Shown: positions 23,973 through 37,603 of the stretch, piece by piece | How positions within the stretch are numbered: position 1 is the first letter of the stretch | Layout of the letters: each line of letters opens with the position of its first letter | DNA from: Eledone cirrhosa | Taxonomy: Eukaryota | Assembly: GCA_964016885.1 (NCBI GenBank) | Contig: OZ024743.1 | Location: 262,074,001-262,138,000 of the forward strand | Length of the DNA stretch: 64,000 nucleotides | Reading direction: 5' to 3' | The notes under the pieces: generated by a model | What the model was told of the DNA's origin: nothing | Database searches by the model: none | What the model saw: only the letters and a program-made list of their open reading frames with translations | Program-made: the position numbers and the translations under genes

Positions 23973-24757
23973 TGAGAAACCAACATTGTATAGAAAACAT
24001 AAACATTCTACAGAATGCCTTAAACTTCAAGTCAAATTATATAATCAAATCCACTACACATGTCCTTGGCATTCCATAAATTACCTAAGTAAAGTATATA
24101 AGGTCAGAATAAAATATGCAGGTTTTATACCTTACTTTGAAGTTTTAGGCATTCTGTAGTTTTCTATAAAATACCTGAGTTTCATATATAATGTGTGAGT
24201 GATTTGTAATGTATATATAAATGTATACAAATGTATGAAAAAAGAAATTCATTCTTCAGGCATGAATGGTATAACTGCTTACCAACGTATTTGTTTTTGT
24301 GGTTTTATTTAATTCAATATCATCTAATCTTTTCAGGACAGACATACCTTGTAGTTTGTATAAAACAGAGGCCTATATGAAAGTATATGCAATATGCTGA
24401 TGTATAATAAACATAAATAAGTCATGCTGTTCTTACTTTTAGCTGCCTCAGTAAGCCAAGTGTGAAAATACTGTAATATTTCAGGATTTATGAATACATC
24501 ATCAGTGGTGCTTTGTCACTTGCTACTGAGGCATATAAACTGATAGCTTATATAGAGAGACTTTTGTAGATGATACATTTATTGGAATGTTCATTTGCAT
24601 ATCATATAAAGCTGGTTTGATTAGCAGTAGCACTAACACAGTGTGATTCATAATAGAGGCATATGTGAAAGTATAGTAACATACATAAATATCTGCAGTC
24701 TATTTAATTTAAATCAACATAATTTATTCTCTATAGAACAGATACCCAGACGATGAT

Positions 24758-24761
<4 letters not shown>

Positions 24762-24826
<65 letters not shown>

Positions 24827-24832
24827 ACACAC

Positions 24833-24895
<63 letters not shown>

Positions 24896-25021
24896 AGTAT
24901 GCATGTATGTGTGTGTGTATGTATATAAATGTGTGTGTGTATAATACACCCACATGTACATATATGTATATACATTCATACAGGCATATATACATACATA
25001 CATATATATATATAAATATAT

Positions 25022-25120
<99 letters not shown>

Positions 25121-25132
25121 GAGAGAGAGAGA
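24762..25132. repeat. Compound (TA)n/(TG)n/(GA)n microsatellite, representative of many such tracts
   Basis: Read directly; accounts for the IY/YI-rich spurious ORFs. Confidence 0.95.
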
Positions 25133-25411
25133 GTCAGAGAAATGAATGTGTATATTTGTGTATGTGTTTATGCAGATGTTTCGTAATGTATGGGGGTGGG
25201 AAGAAAAGGTAGGTTTTCTCTAAAAGCTTTTCAAAACTCTTTTAAGCAATATTTCTATTGAAAACCAATCATATCAACTTAGTGGGCACCAAGAACAGAA
25301 ACAAAAGAATTCATGAAAAGCAGGAAATCACAGGAACTGTACAGATAAAACCTAAATATTAAGAGAGGAAGTTGAACACACACACATACACACACACACA
25401 CACACACACAT

Positions 25412-25476
<65 letters not shown>

Positions 25477-25516
25477 AGTTTGGAAAAGTGTGCACAAGAT
25501 GTTGATGATGATAGTA

Positions 25517-25563
<47 letters not shown>

Positions 25564-25961
25564 GAGTGTGTGCATATATATATATATATATATATGTATA
25601 TACACACAGAACACATTGTTGTTTCCAAGTTTGTTTTTGTATTCAAAATCAAAGAAAGAATATAAAAGTAAGAATAATCTTGTCAAGTGAGAGATATGTA
25701 ACATCGGTGATACCCTGTTTGGCAATTGTTTGGCTTTGATGTTGAAGAGGAATAAATCATTGAATTACCCTCTACCTACCAATGTTTCAGATCTGATGAA
25801 AATATTGCATTGTTGAATGAATTGGGTGGAGTCTGGGAGAGAGAGAGAGAGCGAGAGGTAAGGAATAAATTGAGGGAGAAAGATGGCAGGAGATATAAAG
25901 AAAAGGAGAGAGAGGCTGAGGGGAGCTGAGAGAGATAGAAGAGATGGCAAACAAGAGTGTT

Positions 25962-26014
<53 letters not shown>

Positions 26015-26066
26015 TATCATCATAATCATTTTATGTCTGCTGTTGTATGCTTGCATGGGTTGGACG

Positions 26067-26133
<67 letters not shown>

Positions 26134-26326
26134 GTATATATATATATATATATATTATATTATATTTCTAAATGTTTCTCTCTGTGTGTCCCCACCCTAT
26201 TTACTCCTTAATTTCTAAAGTCAAAACAATGAAAGGCTGGTTAATTCAATTGGTCTAACCGGTAACAAACTGGGGTCAATTTACCCTCCTTCTAAAATCT
26301 GTTGGTTTGTGCCAATATTAATAATC

Positions 26327-26590
26327 ACAAATGAGATCGTGTAGGTGTCACGACAAAAAAACACACAGTCCACGCTGTAATGTGGCCGTGTAGGCAACAC
26401 GGTAAAAACCTCCCAGACCCACACTGTAAATGTGGTTGGTGTTAGGAAGGGCATCCAACTGTAGAAAACCTGCCAGACAGTCCTATGCGAGCAAGACAAT
26501 CACTCTTGCCTCAAGTGGGACTACCCCCGTCCAAACCCATGCAAGCGTGGAACACGGACGTTAAACGTTGATGATGATGATGATGATGAA
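26327..26590 (+). mobile_element. RTE 3'-UTR fragment with (GAT)n tail
   Basis: Near-identical inverse of about 9637-9898. Confidence 0.85.
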
Positions 26591-27057
26591 TATCATTGGT
26601 AGTGGATTTTGAAAATACACTGTGATATTTAGTTATGTCACTTTCAATTCTGAGTTCAAATACTGTCGGTGTTGACTTCACCATCCACATATCTGAGGTT
26701 GATAAAATGTAATTATTGTTACTGAATTGATTCTCTCCAATAACTTCTGTTGGAATGGTTCTTCCATTGGGTTTGGTCACACACTCCATTGCACATGAGG
26801 CAAACTCAGTCGTGATGCAGTCACACCAGAGCAGCTTCCTGGGATGGTAGCTGAACACATGAATTTGTAACAAGCTAATCAGCTCTTGAATTAATATCTG
26901 GTCCTTGCTTGTGTATGTTCTGCTGTTGATATTGCAACTTTGATGATCCCTGTGTTGGTTTCTGTTTATGTTGTCACTAATTCACTGGTTGAAGCCAGTT
27001 TAACTCATCCCATGTAAACACTGACATTAGTAAAGTAAATCAAGTACTTAGGTCGAT

Positions 27058-27308
27058 TTAACCCTTTTGTTATATTTCCAATGAAATTCACTGCTAATGT
27101 GTTTCAGTTAATTTTGAAAATTATCAAAAGTTTAGAGGGATTAAGCTAGCTTTTTTCATCATCAAGCTGATATTTGAAACACTACTTAAAATGTTCTTAC
27201 ACAAAATTATAACAGAAGGCTAATAATATAAGAATGAACACTTTAAAATGGGCAGTTTTGTATCATAGATCCAAAGGCAGCTTCAGGTGCTAGCTTGAAA
27301 AGGGATAA
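27058..27308. mobile_element. piggyBac-like MITE (TTAA-CCCTTT...AAAGGG)
   Basis: TTAACCCTTTTG at the left end and GAAAAGGGATAA at the right; relatives at about 18718, 21515, 28075-28328 and 60064-60935. Confidence 0.6.
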
Positions 27309-28517
27309 GTGAATATACCTTCCCCTAAAAATCTGATGCAATAGGAGAAAGCAATAGCTACATACACAATGCAACCCCTTTACTGATACATCTACTATTA
27401 CAAGATTTCAATAGATGTAATTATACAAAATACCTTTTAGGTTCTTTATTCATATTTATTTGTTTGTTGATTGACTGATATTGTGAAAAAGAATAACTCT
27501 GCTGGTTGTTGGTGTTGATGTTTAGCCTCAAATCAGCTCTGAATGAACAGACCTATAAACAAACTACTTAGGAGTATATCTATGACTTTATTGTGCAGTT
27601 TGTCATTTCCTTTCCAAAAACAGTAGTGTATGATTAGAGGGAGATTTGGTTGCTTTTTCTGGCAGGTCAAAAGACTGGCTCTACTGAAGATGTTAATATA
27701 TGATAATAGCTTTAGCTTTTTGTTTATTGTAAATTTAAAATACAGCTTGTCTATTAGATGCTAGACTTGTACCAATAGCCAACATCTTGGTCAACTGAGA
27801 GTGGAGTAGGGAATTCAATGTGCTGTTTAGTCACAATAAACCCTCAGTTGTGGGTCAACTGATAATGCACCAGAGTAGGAAACAGGAGATTCTAGGTTTG
27901 ACTCCTGTCAACCTCGAGATGCTTCAGTTTTGTTGTAGTGCACCTGAGCAATGTACACTATAATTTTCATTTTAATTTTTATTATTAATAAGAATTTTGT
28001 GCTACTAGACCAGAGCTTTCCAAACTTTTCACACTGGGAACATACTTTTTAGGAATGTAATGTTCTGTAACACATTAACTCTTTTGGTATCAAACCACAT
28101 GAAATTGCCTTTAGTTCTATGATATTTGTTTGAAAATGTTTATATTTATTTAAAAAACATTTTATCATTTAAAAACATTTTATAATTTATTGCGAGATCC
28201 TTTATGTTACAAAATTAACTTAATAAGCTAATTATATTACTCAATTATCTAAATTCTTGATTATTTTTGAAATTATTGGAAATCATATGGAGTGTATTTT
28301 ACTAGAAATCTAATAAGCAAAGGGTTAATTAAGTTTTGTTTTTCATTAGTGATGCAAAATTAATGAAATTAATAGATAAACAGTTGAACATTAATATCAG
28401 GTGTCTCCATCCACATGTCTTAAGAATACATGGAATTGTCAGGTAAAAATTTGTAAAAATTGATCAGACTTCACTTAATTTTGCAATATACCTACAACTT
28501 ATTGGTGACAGATTAAA

Positions 28518-29655
28518 GTGTCTAACTACAGAGACACACAGTATAGATAGCTGTGTGATAGACTTGATACATTATAGTGTCTAACTAGAGGGGATACAGT
28601 ATAGATAGCTGTGTGATAGACTTGATACATTATAGTGTCTAACTAGAGGGGATACAGTATAGATAGCTGTGTGATAGACTTGATACATTATAGTGTCTAA
28701 CTAGAGGGGATACAGTATAGATAGCTGTGTGATAGACTTGAAACATTATAGTGTCTAACTAGAGGGGATACAGTATAGATAGCTGTGTGATAGACTTGAT
28801 ACATTATAGTGTCTAACTAGAGGGGATACAGTATAGATAGCTGTGTGATAGACTTGATACATTATAGTGTCTAACTAGAGGGGAACACAGTATAAATAGC
28901 TTTGTGATAGACTTGATACATTATAGTGTCTAACTAGAGGGGATACAGTATAGATAGCTGTGTGATAGACTTGATACATTATAGTGTCTAACTAGAGGGG
29001 ATACAGTATAGATAGCTGTGTGATAGACTTGATACATTATAGTGTCTAACTAGAGGGGATACAGTATAGATAGCTGTGTGATAGACTTGATACATTATAG
29101 TGTCTAACTAGAGGGGAACACAGTATAGATAGCTGTGTGATAGACTTGATACATTATAGTGTCTAACTAGAGGGGATACAGTATAGATAGCTGTGTGATA
29201 GACTTGATACATTATAGTGTCTAACTAGAGGGGATACAGTATAGATAGCTGTGTGATAGACTTGATACATTATAGTGTCTAACTAGAGGGGAACACAGTA
29301 TAGATAGCTGTGTGATAGACTTGATACATTATAGTGTCTAACTAGAGGGGATACAGTATAGATAGCTGTGTGATAGACTTGATACATTATAGTATCTAAC
29401 TAGAGGGGATACAGTATAGATAGCTGTGTGATAGTGTCTAACTACAGAATGTCTAACATTAAAGTGTCTAACTACAGCAGGACAGTATAGATAGCTGTGT
29501 GATAGTGTCTAACATTAAATTGTCTAACTACAAGGGGACAGTATAAATAGCTGTGTGATAGGCCTGATACACTATAGTGACTTCCAAGGGGACACAGTAT
29601 AGATATCTAGCTGTGTGATAAACCTGATACATTATATATAGATAGCTCTGTGATA
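28518..29655. repeat. 58-bp minisatellite, about 16 near-identical copies plus a degenerate tail
   Basis: Unit AGTGTCTAACTAGAGGGGATACAGTATAGATAGCTGTGTGATAGACTTGATACATTAT. Confidence 0.97.
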
Positions 29656-29784
29656 GTACTTTACTGTGGTAGTACTTTACCCACATTTATTACCTGTATT
29701 AGAGACAAGAAATAATAATTTCTAATTTTAAAAATAAGGTCAGCAATTTCGGGAGGATGGAGGATAGGGTAAGTTGGTTATAAA

Positions 29785-29990
29785 GGTTTCTGATTTAAGC
29801 ATAAGGTCAACAATTTTCGGGGAGGGGAAAGCCGATTAAATCGACGCCAGTGCATTACTGGTATTTTATTTTATCAACCCTGTAAGGATGAAAGGCAAAG
29901 ATAACCTTGGTGGGATTTGAACTCAGAATGTTAAGGACGTAACTTTATATTGCAAAGCATGTTGTCCAACACTCTACCGATACTGCCAAT
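29785..29990 (-). mobile_element. tRNA-derived SINE (major family)
   Basis: Reverse complement of the SINE consensus. Confidence 0.8.
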
Positions 29991-30064
29991 CAGCCACCTT
30001 GTAAGTTGGTTATAATGACCCCAGTATTTTACTGGTACATTATTACAATGACCCCAGTATTTTG

Positions 30065-31020
30065 AAATAATAATGAAATATTGTGTACAGTGCTCAGGTG
30101 CACTACAACTCATAAAAGTGTATGTATAGTACATAGGGTAATGTACAAACACCAGGAAAATGAATAGTGCATGAGTCATGATATACATGTGTGCATGTGT
30201 ATGGAAGGGGGACATCAGGTGTAGTTTTGATGAATTTCGGGAAGCATGAGGGTTTTAAAGGATGCAGTGTCTTGGCAGCTAACAACTGATGCAGGCAGTT
30301 TGTTCCATGCTTCAGCAACTCTAAGCGTGAAAAAATGTTTCCGAAAGTCATGGGAGTTGTGCTGTTTTCTGACTTTGTAGGCATGTCCACGTGTGTTAGA
30401 CACATGGACATCAAAAAGGTGCTCAGGGTTGTTGTTGGCGAGATGGTTAATAACTTTGTAGGTGTTTACCAAGTCCATTGCCTGACGTCGGAGCTTCAAT
30501 GAATCCATGCCCAGGGAAGCAAGGCGTTCAGAGTATGGTAGATATCTGATGGAGGGTATGCGCTTGGTTGCACGTCTCTGAACATTTTCCAGGAGGACAA
30601 TGTTCTGAGCAAGATAGGGGTTCCAGACTGATAATGCGAATTCCAAGTGTGGTCGTACCATAGCTGTATACAGCTTTAAATAGATGGCTAGAGAGCGGCT
30701 AACAAAGGTCTTGCTGAGTGATGCCAAGACACCTTCGGCCTTCTTGACAATTTTAGAGACGTGCTTTGTCCAACACAAATCGCTGCTGACAGTAATGCCC
30801 AGGTCACATTCACAAGAGGACTTCTTGATATCAGTGTTGTGGAGGGAGTATGTGGACACTGGATTTTTCCTCCCAAAATGCATGGTGCTACACTTGTCCA
30901 CAGCCAGATTCAGTTGCCAGTCTGTGGTCCATTGCTGCATTGTGTCCAGGTCTGATTGTAGGAAAGAGTTATAGATTTCAGGATCTGTCCTTTTGATTTC
31001 AAGGTACGGCTTGATGTCAT
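30065..31020 (-). mobile_element. CR1-clade LINE 3' fragment (second subfamily), inserted inside a SINE
   Basis: ORF 30215-30940 (WQLNLAVDKC...RPHLEF...RVAEAWNKLP); flanked by a 38-bp direct repeat. Confidence 0.93.
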
Positions 31021-31204
31021 TTTACTGGTACATTATTACAATGACCCTAGTATTTTATTGGTACTTTTATTTATCAACTTCGTTAGGGGGAAAGGCAAAG
31101 TTGACCTTGGCAGGATTTGAACTCAGAATATAAAGAGCCATAATAAATATTTGTCCAATACTTTAAAGATTCTGCCAATAATGAAAGCATCACTCTATTT
31201 TCTT

Positions 31205-31670
31205 TGTGGTGGGGTGGTGTTGATGGTGGTAGTGGTAGGATGATGGTGGTAGTGGTGGGTGATGGTGGTGATGGTGATGGTGGTGGTGGTTGTGGTGATG
31301 GTGATGGTGGTGGTGGTTGTGGTGGTGTTGGTGATGGCAGTGGGAGGGACGTGACAGCTAATAAAAGAATGAGTATTCTTCATATTGCCTTCAGTAACAT
31401 AGTGGTGGTGTTGTGGTGGTGGTTGATGTGTAGTGGTAGTGGTGGTGGTGGTGGTGGCTGATGTGTAGTGGTAGTGGTGGTGATGATGGTTGTTGTTGTA
31501 ATGGTGGATGTGGTGGTGGTAATGGTGGTGGTAGTGGTGGCAGCTGTGTAGTGGTAGTGGTGGTGATGGTGGTTGTGTTGTTGTGGTGATGGTGGTGATT
31601 GTGATAGTGGTGGTGGCAATGATGAGGAAGATAGCAGTGATGAGGATAATGTTAGTGATGATGATGACAA
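31205..31670. repeat. (GGT/GAT)n low-complexity tract
   Basis: Read directly; similar tracts at 19840-20045 and 38218-38487. Confidence 0.9.
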
Positions 31671-31792
31671 TACAAAACAACATCAAATTAATTCTCCAAA
31701 TATTTTTATGTGTACTTTCAATGTTTTCTATTTCATTTGATGTATACATAGATATACAGATACAAACACACACACATATCCATGCATTATAT

Positions 31793-31976
31793 GTGGATTG
31801 GCAGTATCGGTAGAGGGTCGGACGTCATGCTTTCCAGCATAGTTACGTCCCTTTAAGATCTGAGTTCAAATCCCGCCGAGGTTGACTTTGCCTTTCATCC
31901 TTACGGGGTCGATAAAATAAAGTACCAGTAATGCACTGGGTAATTGCTGGCCTTGTGCCTAAAGTAGAAACAATTA
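31793..31976 (+). mobile_element. tRNA-derived SINE (major family), young copy
   Basis: Close to the consensus with CpGs retained. Confidence 0.9.
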
Positions 31977-32026
31977 TATATATAGAGAGAAATATATGCA
32001 TATATATATAAACATATATACATTTA

Positions 32027-32062
<36 letters not shown>

Positions 32063-32165
32063 CATATATCATATATGCATATATATTTCCATAGGTATAT
32101 ATATATACCTATATGCATATACCTATATGCATATACATATGTATATATGTATATGCATATATATA

Positions 32166-32219
<54 letters not shown>

Positions 32220-32308
32220 AGCAGGGATAAGCGGACGTAAAATATATATATATCATCATCATCATCATATATATATATATTACCTCCGATTCAACCCGGA
32301 ATAACGTA

Positions 32309-32348
<40 letters not shown>

Positions 32349-32413
32349 TCCAGGGAGTGTAACGTGTAGTTACTGTAGGGTCACCTGAGTGAGCACTCGA
32401 TGCGTAGTTTCCA

Positions 32414-32453
<40 letters not shown>

Positions 32454-32500
32454 ACACATATCTATCTATCTATATATATATTATATATATACATATTTAT

Positions 32501-32532
<32 letters not shown>

Positions 32533-32586
32533 GCATTTATTTATATATATATGCACAGATATAACTTTATCATACATCCTAATATG

Positions 32587-32626
<40 letters not shown>

Positions 32627-32629
32627 CTA

Positions 32630-32751
32630 TTTAAATATTTATTTTCTTCTATTTCAGGTGAGTAAACCTTTTTACAAACTACCTTACCTTTGTTTGATTA
32701 CTTAATAAAATAAAATAAAATAAACAAGAAACAAATATTGAACTGGTAAGT
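32630..32751 (+). promoter_or_regulatory. Candidate recursive splice site (AG|GT) with an 88-nt RS-exon
   Basis: TATTTTCTTCTATTTCAG|GTGAGT (AG at 32656-32657) followed by CTG|GTAAGT at 32745/32746. Confidence 0.55.
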
Positions 32752-33030
32752 TTTTTTTAAAAATCTTTTTTAAACTTCTTTTTAGCAAATTTATTCATTT
32801 ACCCTGAAAAGAAAATTGTTTTATTTTGAGATTTATAGTTCGTTTCTGGAAGATTTATTATTTGATGTAACTGCTTTCCTTTACCAATATTTCTGTGTGT
32901 ATTTTAATGTTTGTATGTGTGTGAATGCTTGCGCGTCTGTGTTGCTGTTTTATTTTGTGCATATGTGTTTCTGTAACTGTTTTTGCATGTGTGTGTGTGT
33001 TTCTATATTTGTATGTGGTTTTGTTTGTCT

Positions 33031-36000
33031 ATAATAATAATAATAATGAAATTATTGTGTAAAGTGCTCAGGTGCACTACAACTCGTCAAAGGTGTATGT
33101 ATAGTACATAGAATAATACACAAATGTCAGGGAAGTGAATAGTGTATGAGTCATGGTATACATGTGTGTATGTGTATGGAGGGGGAACATTAGCTGTAGT
33201 GTTAGCGGATCTCGGGAAGCATGGAGGCCTTAAAGGATGCAGTGTCTCGACAGCTAACAACTGATGCAGGTAGTTTGTTCCATGCTTCAGCAACTCTGAG
33301 CGTAAAAAAATGTTTCTGAAAGTCATGGGAACTGTGCTGTTTTCTGACTTTGTGGGCATGTCCACGTGTGTTAGACACATGGAAATCAAAAAGGTACTCA
33401 GGGTTGTTGTTGGCAAGATGGTTAACAATTTTGTGGGTGTTTACCAAGTTAGTTGCCAGGCGTCGGAGCTTCAATGTATCCAGCGGTCAATGTTCTGAGC
33501 AAGATAGGGGTTCCAGACTGGTGATGCAAATTCTAAGTGTGGCCGCACCATAGCCATAAATAGATATCTGGAGAGCGGCTGACAAAGGTCTTGCTGAGTG
33601 ATGCTAAGACACCCTCGGCCCTCTTGACAATTTTAGAGACGTGCTTCGTCCAACGCAAATCGCTGCTGACCGTAATGCCGAGGTCACGTTCACAAGAAGA
33701 CTTCTTGATATTAGTGCTGTGGAGGGAGTATGTGGACGCTGGGTTTTTACTCCCAAAATGCATGGTGGTGCACTTGTCCACAGCTAGCTTGAGTTGCCAG
33801 TCTGAGATCCATTGTTGCATTGTTTCCAGGTCAGACTGCAAGCAAGATCTATAGTGTTCAGGATCTGTCCTTTTTATCTCAAGGTACAGCTTGATGTCAT
33901 CTGCGTACTTTAGTACCGTGGCATTCTTTAAGTTGGCATCTATGTCATTAATATATGCCACAAACAAAAGGGGGCCAAGAACAGATCCCTGTGGTACACC
34001 AGATGACATCTCATACGGTGAGGAATGCTGTCCCAGAACCGTGACTACCTCTCTTCAACTGAGAATGAAGGACTTCAACCAGTTAAAAAGATCATCCTTC
34101 AAACCCATTGCAGAGAGTTTTGCCATAAGCCTTTTGTGTGGCACAGAACTGAAAGCCTTAGCAAAGTCAAGGTAAACAACATCCACCCATGAGCCGCCAT
34201 CAGTGATCCGGGTGATGTCCTCAAGAAACTCTATAAGTTGATCACAGCAGCTGGAGTTGGGGATAAATCCAAATTGCGAGGGCCGGATAAGACTGTGAGA
34301 GTTCCAGAAGTTCCAAGGTGTTTCTCTGACACAGGATTCCATCAGTTTGGCGATGCAACTAGTAAGACTGACTGGACGATAGTTCACAGGTGATGTGCGG
34401 TCACCCTTTTTGAACAGAGGAATGACACTGGCAGTTTTCCACTGTTCTGGAGTAGCACTGTTGTTCAGACAGAATTGGAAGAAGCGTGATACTGGTGCAG
34501 AAGGAAGTACCCACCACATTTAAGAAGCAGGTACGTAGCACCATCAAGACCAGGAGAGGCATGGTTGCGTTTATTTTTTAGGTGACGTCGCAGCCTTGCA
34601 GGTGTAAATTCCATGGTTGTAATAGCGTCCGGTGTCATAGGTGGTGGAGATGGTACACGCTGGTCTTCAATAGTGAAAATGCCTGCATAGCATTCAGCAA
34701 TGAGCTCTGCGCATTCCTTGGCGTCGTCAGTAACCTGGCTTGTGTGGGGATTGCGAAGAGGACCAACTGGAGAGTGAGGCCTTTGCTTTGAGTGAACATA
34801 CTTCCAGAACACCTTACTGTCAGGGCTGGTTGCTATGCGCTGCTCAAATTGAAGCACTGCCTTTTTTGTCACCTGTTTGAGGTGGTTGGACGATCTATTT
34901 CGCCCCTTCCTATTAATATCTGATTTGTGAAGTTTGTACTCACGTTCAGCATTGCGCCGTTCTTTTCTGGCAAGACGGACTGCTGCAGTCTCCCAAATTG
35001 CACTTTTGGGATGTTTTTTCCGCTTACGTGGCACCGATGCTGCACATGCTGTCCATATTGAGCTCAGGATGTTCTGGAGTACAGTGTTGACATCTCCAGA
35101 GTCATAGAACTCAAGCCAGTTTGGCCGTTGCAACTCGGTGCAGTAACAGTTCCAGTCTGCTTTATTCCAGTCAAAGTGAGCAGTTTGGAGATGGTTGTGG
35201 TTCTTGTTACTGCCCATGAGGGATAGATTGGCAATGATCATAGCATGATCAGAGTCACCCAAAGGTTCCTCAGCAGTAACACTAATGACCGTTTCAAGAG
35301 TAGTGGTGAAGAGTAGGTCCAAAGTGTTGTCACCTCTTGTTGGGGAGGTGACCACTTGGGACCAACTCGAGTCCAGCACTAGCTCAAGGAAGTCATTTGC
35401 ACTTGGCGGCCAACGAAAGGTTTCCCAGTCAATCTCAGGGTGATTGAAGTCTCCTGCAATGAAAACATAAGTGGCTGTCTTCCTGGCAACAGCTCTGAGG
35501 ATATCACAAAGTTGAGTGTCCTGATTGTAATTTGGGGGACGGTAAATGACTCCAAGTAGCAGTGTTGACATGGTCATACGTATATCGCAGAAAAAAACTT
35601 CCTCCTGTGATTGGTTCAAATCAGCACAAGGAATTGCCGACAGATTTGACCGAATGTAGACCATTACACCACCACCACGATGATTAATGCGGTCTTTACG
35701 AAACAGGTTGTAGCCAGTCATGCTGAAAACAACATCACAGAGTAAGGGATGTGCCCAAGTTTCCGTGACTGTAATGAAGTCAGGGTTGATACTTTTGACG
35801 TAGGAGTCAAAAAGATGAATCTTATTGCATAGACTACGTGCATTCAAGGACAACAATTTGTACCTTGATTCCAGTCTATGATTATGTGCAGGGGATGGCA
35901 GGTTGTTCTGATTTAGTTTCCCAGAGTTTTTTCAGTTTCTTTATTGTCAGTTGTTGTGGGTACAGTGTTTTCAGACCAGCTGGTGCCTCTTTTCCATGTT

Positions 36001-36912
36001 TTGCCAGCCTTAACAAACTTCCATATCTGCCCATCATCTCGTAGGCTGAAGCTTTCATGTTCTGCCGAGCTGTGGTTTAAGGAAGCTGCAGCATGCAACT
36101 TTGGGTGGACATCAGGTGGAAGACCAGGGCGTGTTCGGAAAGCAATCCAACTTTCACGCCTAGCTTTATCAGAGGCTACAAGGTATGAACGTGCCTCAGT
36201 TGAGTTTGAAAACGACAGTCTAATTAGCCTGGGTTTCGGGCCTGCTCAGCCAAAGCGTAGAACACCCTTTGCGGGAGCACAGCCCAAGTCTTTGGATGAA
36301 CTGGCAGCAAATGCCTGAAGATCAACTATGTCTTCTGGTACACCAATGGCAATCACTTCGTGGTTTGCAGATTCAGTGGCATTCTCAATGCGTGTAGGTT
36401 CAACATGAGGTACGCGGAGATTTTTTAACAAGGCACTCCGGTAAGATCCCTCATTGTGGGGTTCTACACGAACGCTTGATTTTATTTCCGCTATTTCTCG
36501 GCTTAAAGCGGAAATCATTTGCCATATTTCCTCAAACTCTGTATTGACAGTCGGTTTTTGTTGTTGTTCTTCTCCTTCAACAGGCATGATAGGAGAAGAC
36601 ACAGTCGTCGGTTGTTGTTGTTGTTGAAAAGTAACGGGTGAGGAAGACATGAGTTGCTGTTGTTGATGAAGTCCTTCAACGGGGTAGTAGCAGAAGCTAC
36701 GGTCGTTGGTTTTTGCTGTTGTTCAGGAACAATGGTAGAGGAAGACACGATCCTCGGTTTTTGTTGTTGTTGTTCGGGAACAATGGTAGAAGAAGACACG
36801 ATCTTCGGTTTTTGTTGTTGTTGTTCCGCAGCAACGGGAGAAGCAGGCATACAGTCCAGGCACTGAAAGGACCAGTTTGTTAGCTGGACCATCTCCCAGA
36901 GTCTATCCATCG
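33031..36912 (-). mobile_element. Near full-length CR1-clade LINE: ORF1 remnant, APE and RT, with frameshifts, a stop and a deletion
   Basis: APE ORF 34465-35856 (NARSLCNK, VTETW, GGGV, YRPP, AGDFN, LDL, SDH); RT 33533-34519; Gln-rich repeated ORF1 at 36246-36910; (ATT)n tail. Confidence 0.95.
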
Positions 36913-37430
36913 TAGTCTATCCATATGTGTGTGTTTCTGTATTTGTTTGTATGTGATTGTGTTTGTGCACATGTGGGTTTTGTGTGTGTGTGCATGTAAA
37001 TGTGTTTGTAAATGTGTTTGTATATGTTTATATTTGTATGTCTGTCTTTCTATGTTTGTGTGTAGATGTGAATATTTTTGTATGTCTTTATTTATTTCGC
37101 TAGCACTAACTTAGCATGATTCATGATAGAGACATATATGCAGTGCTGGATTTAGGACAAATATGGTCTAGTGCTAGTTAAGTTATGAGGCCCTTTACTT
37201 GGGCCCTGAAGGAGATAATGCATTGAAAAAATGTTTTTTGGCAGGAAGATACACCCGACTTCTGGCCAAGGTGTGCTTAACCACACCTTGGCACAATGGT
37301 AAATCAGGCACTGCATATATAAAAGTGTATACAATATGTTTATGTATAATAAACATACATAAGTTTCACAGTAGATATTTTAATCTGTGGTCATGTGACA
37401 GATACATCAGTAATTCTGTGAGAACACCAA

Positions 37431-37603
37431 GTGGATTGGCAGTATCGGTAGAGAGTCGGACATCATGCTTTGAAGCATAGAGTTACGTCCCTTTATGATC
37501 TGAGTTCAAATCCCGCCGAGGTTAACCTTACGGGGTCGATAAAATAAAGTACCAGTAATGTACTGGGTAATTGCTGGCTTTGTGCCTAAAATAGAAACAA
37601 TTA
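37431..37603 (+). mobile_element. tRNA-derived SINE (major family) with a short internal deletion
   Basis: Consensus lacking the TTTGCCTTTCATC segment. Confidence 0.85.

Noticed and set aside
25700-25770. Possible decayed hammerhead on the minus strand (TCAATGA...CAAACAATTGCC)
   Set aside because: Too many core changes are needed, so it was not counted.
24714-26218. Many ORFs rich in IY, CV, HT, poly-P or poly-G here and elsewhere
   Set aside because: They are translations of microsatellites and low-complexity tracts.
26715-27025. ORF-like minus-strand segment as a host exon
   Set aside because: No recognisable domain or clean splice sites; more likely a very old LINE remnant.
28518-29655. 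Regular arrays here and at 51001-51612 and 54478-55308 as CRISPR-like arrays
   Set aside because: The units are contiguous with no unique spacers, there are no cas genes, and the context is eukaryotic.
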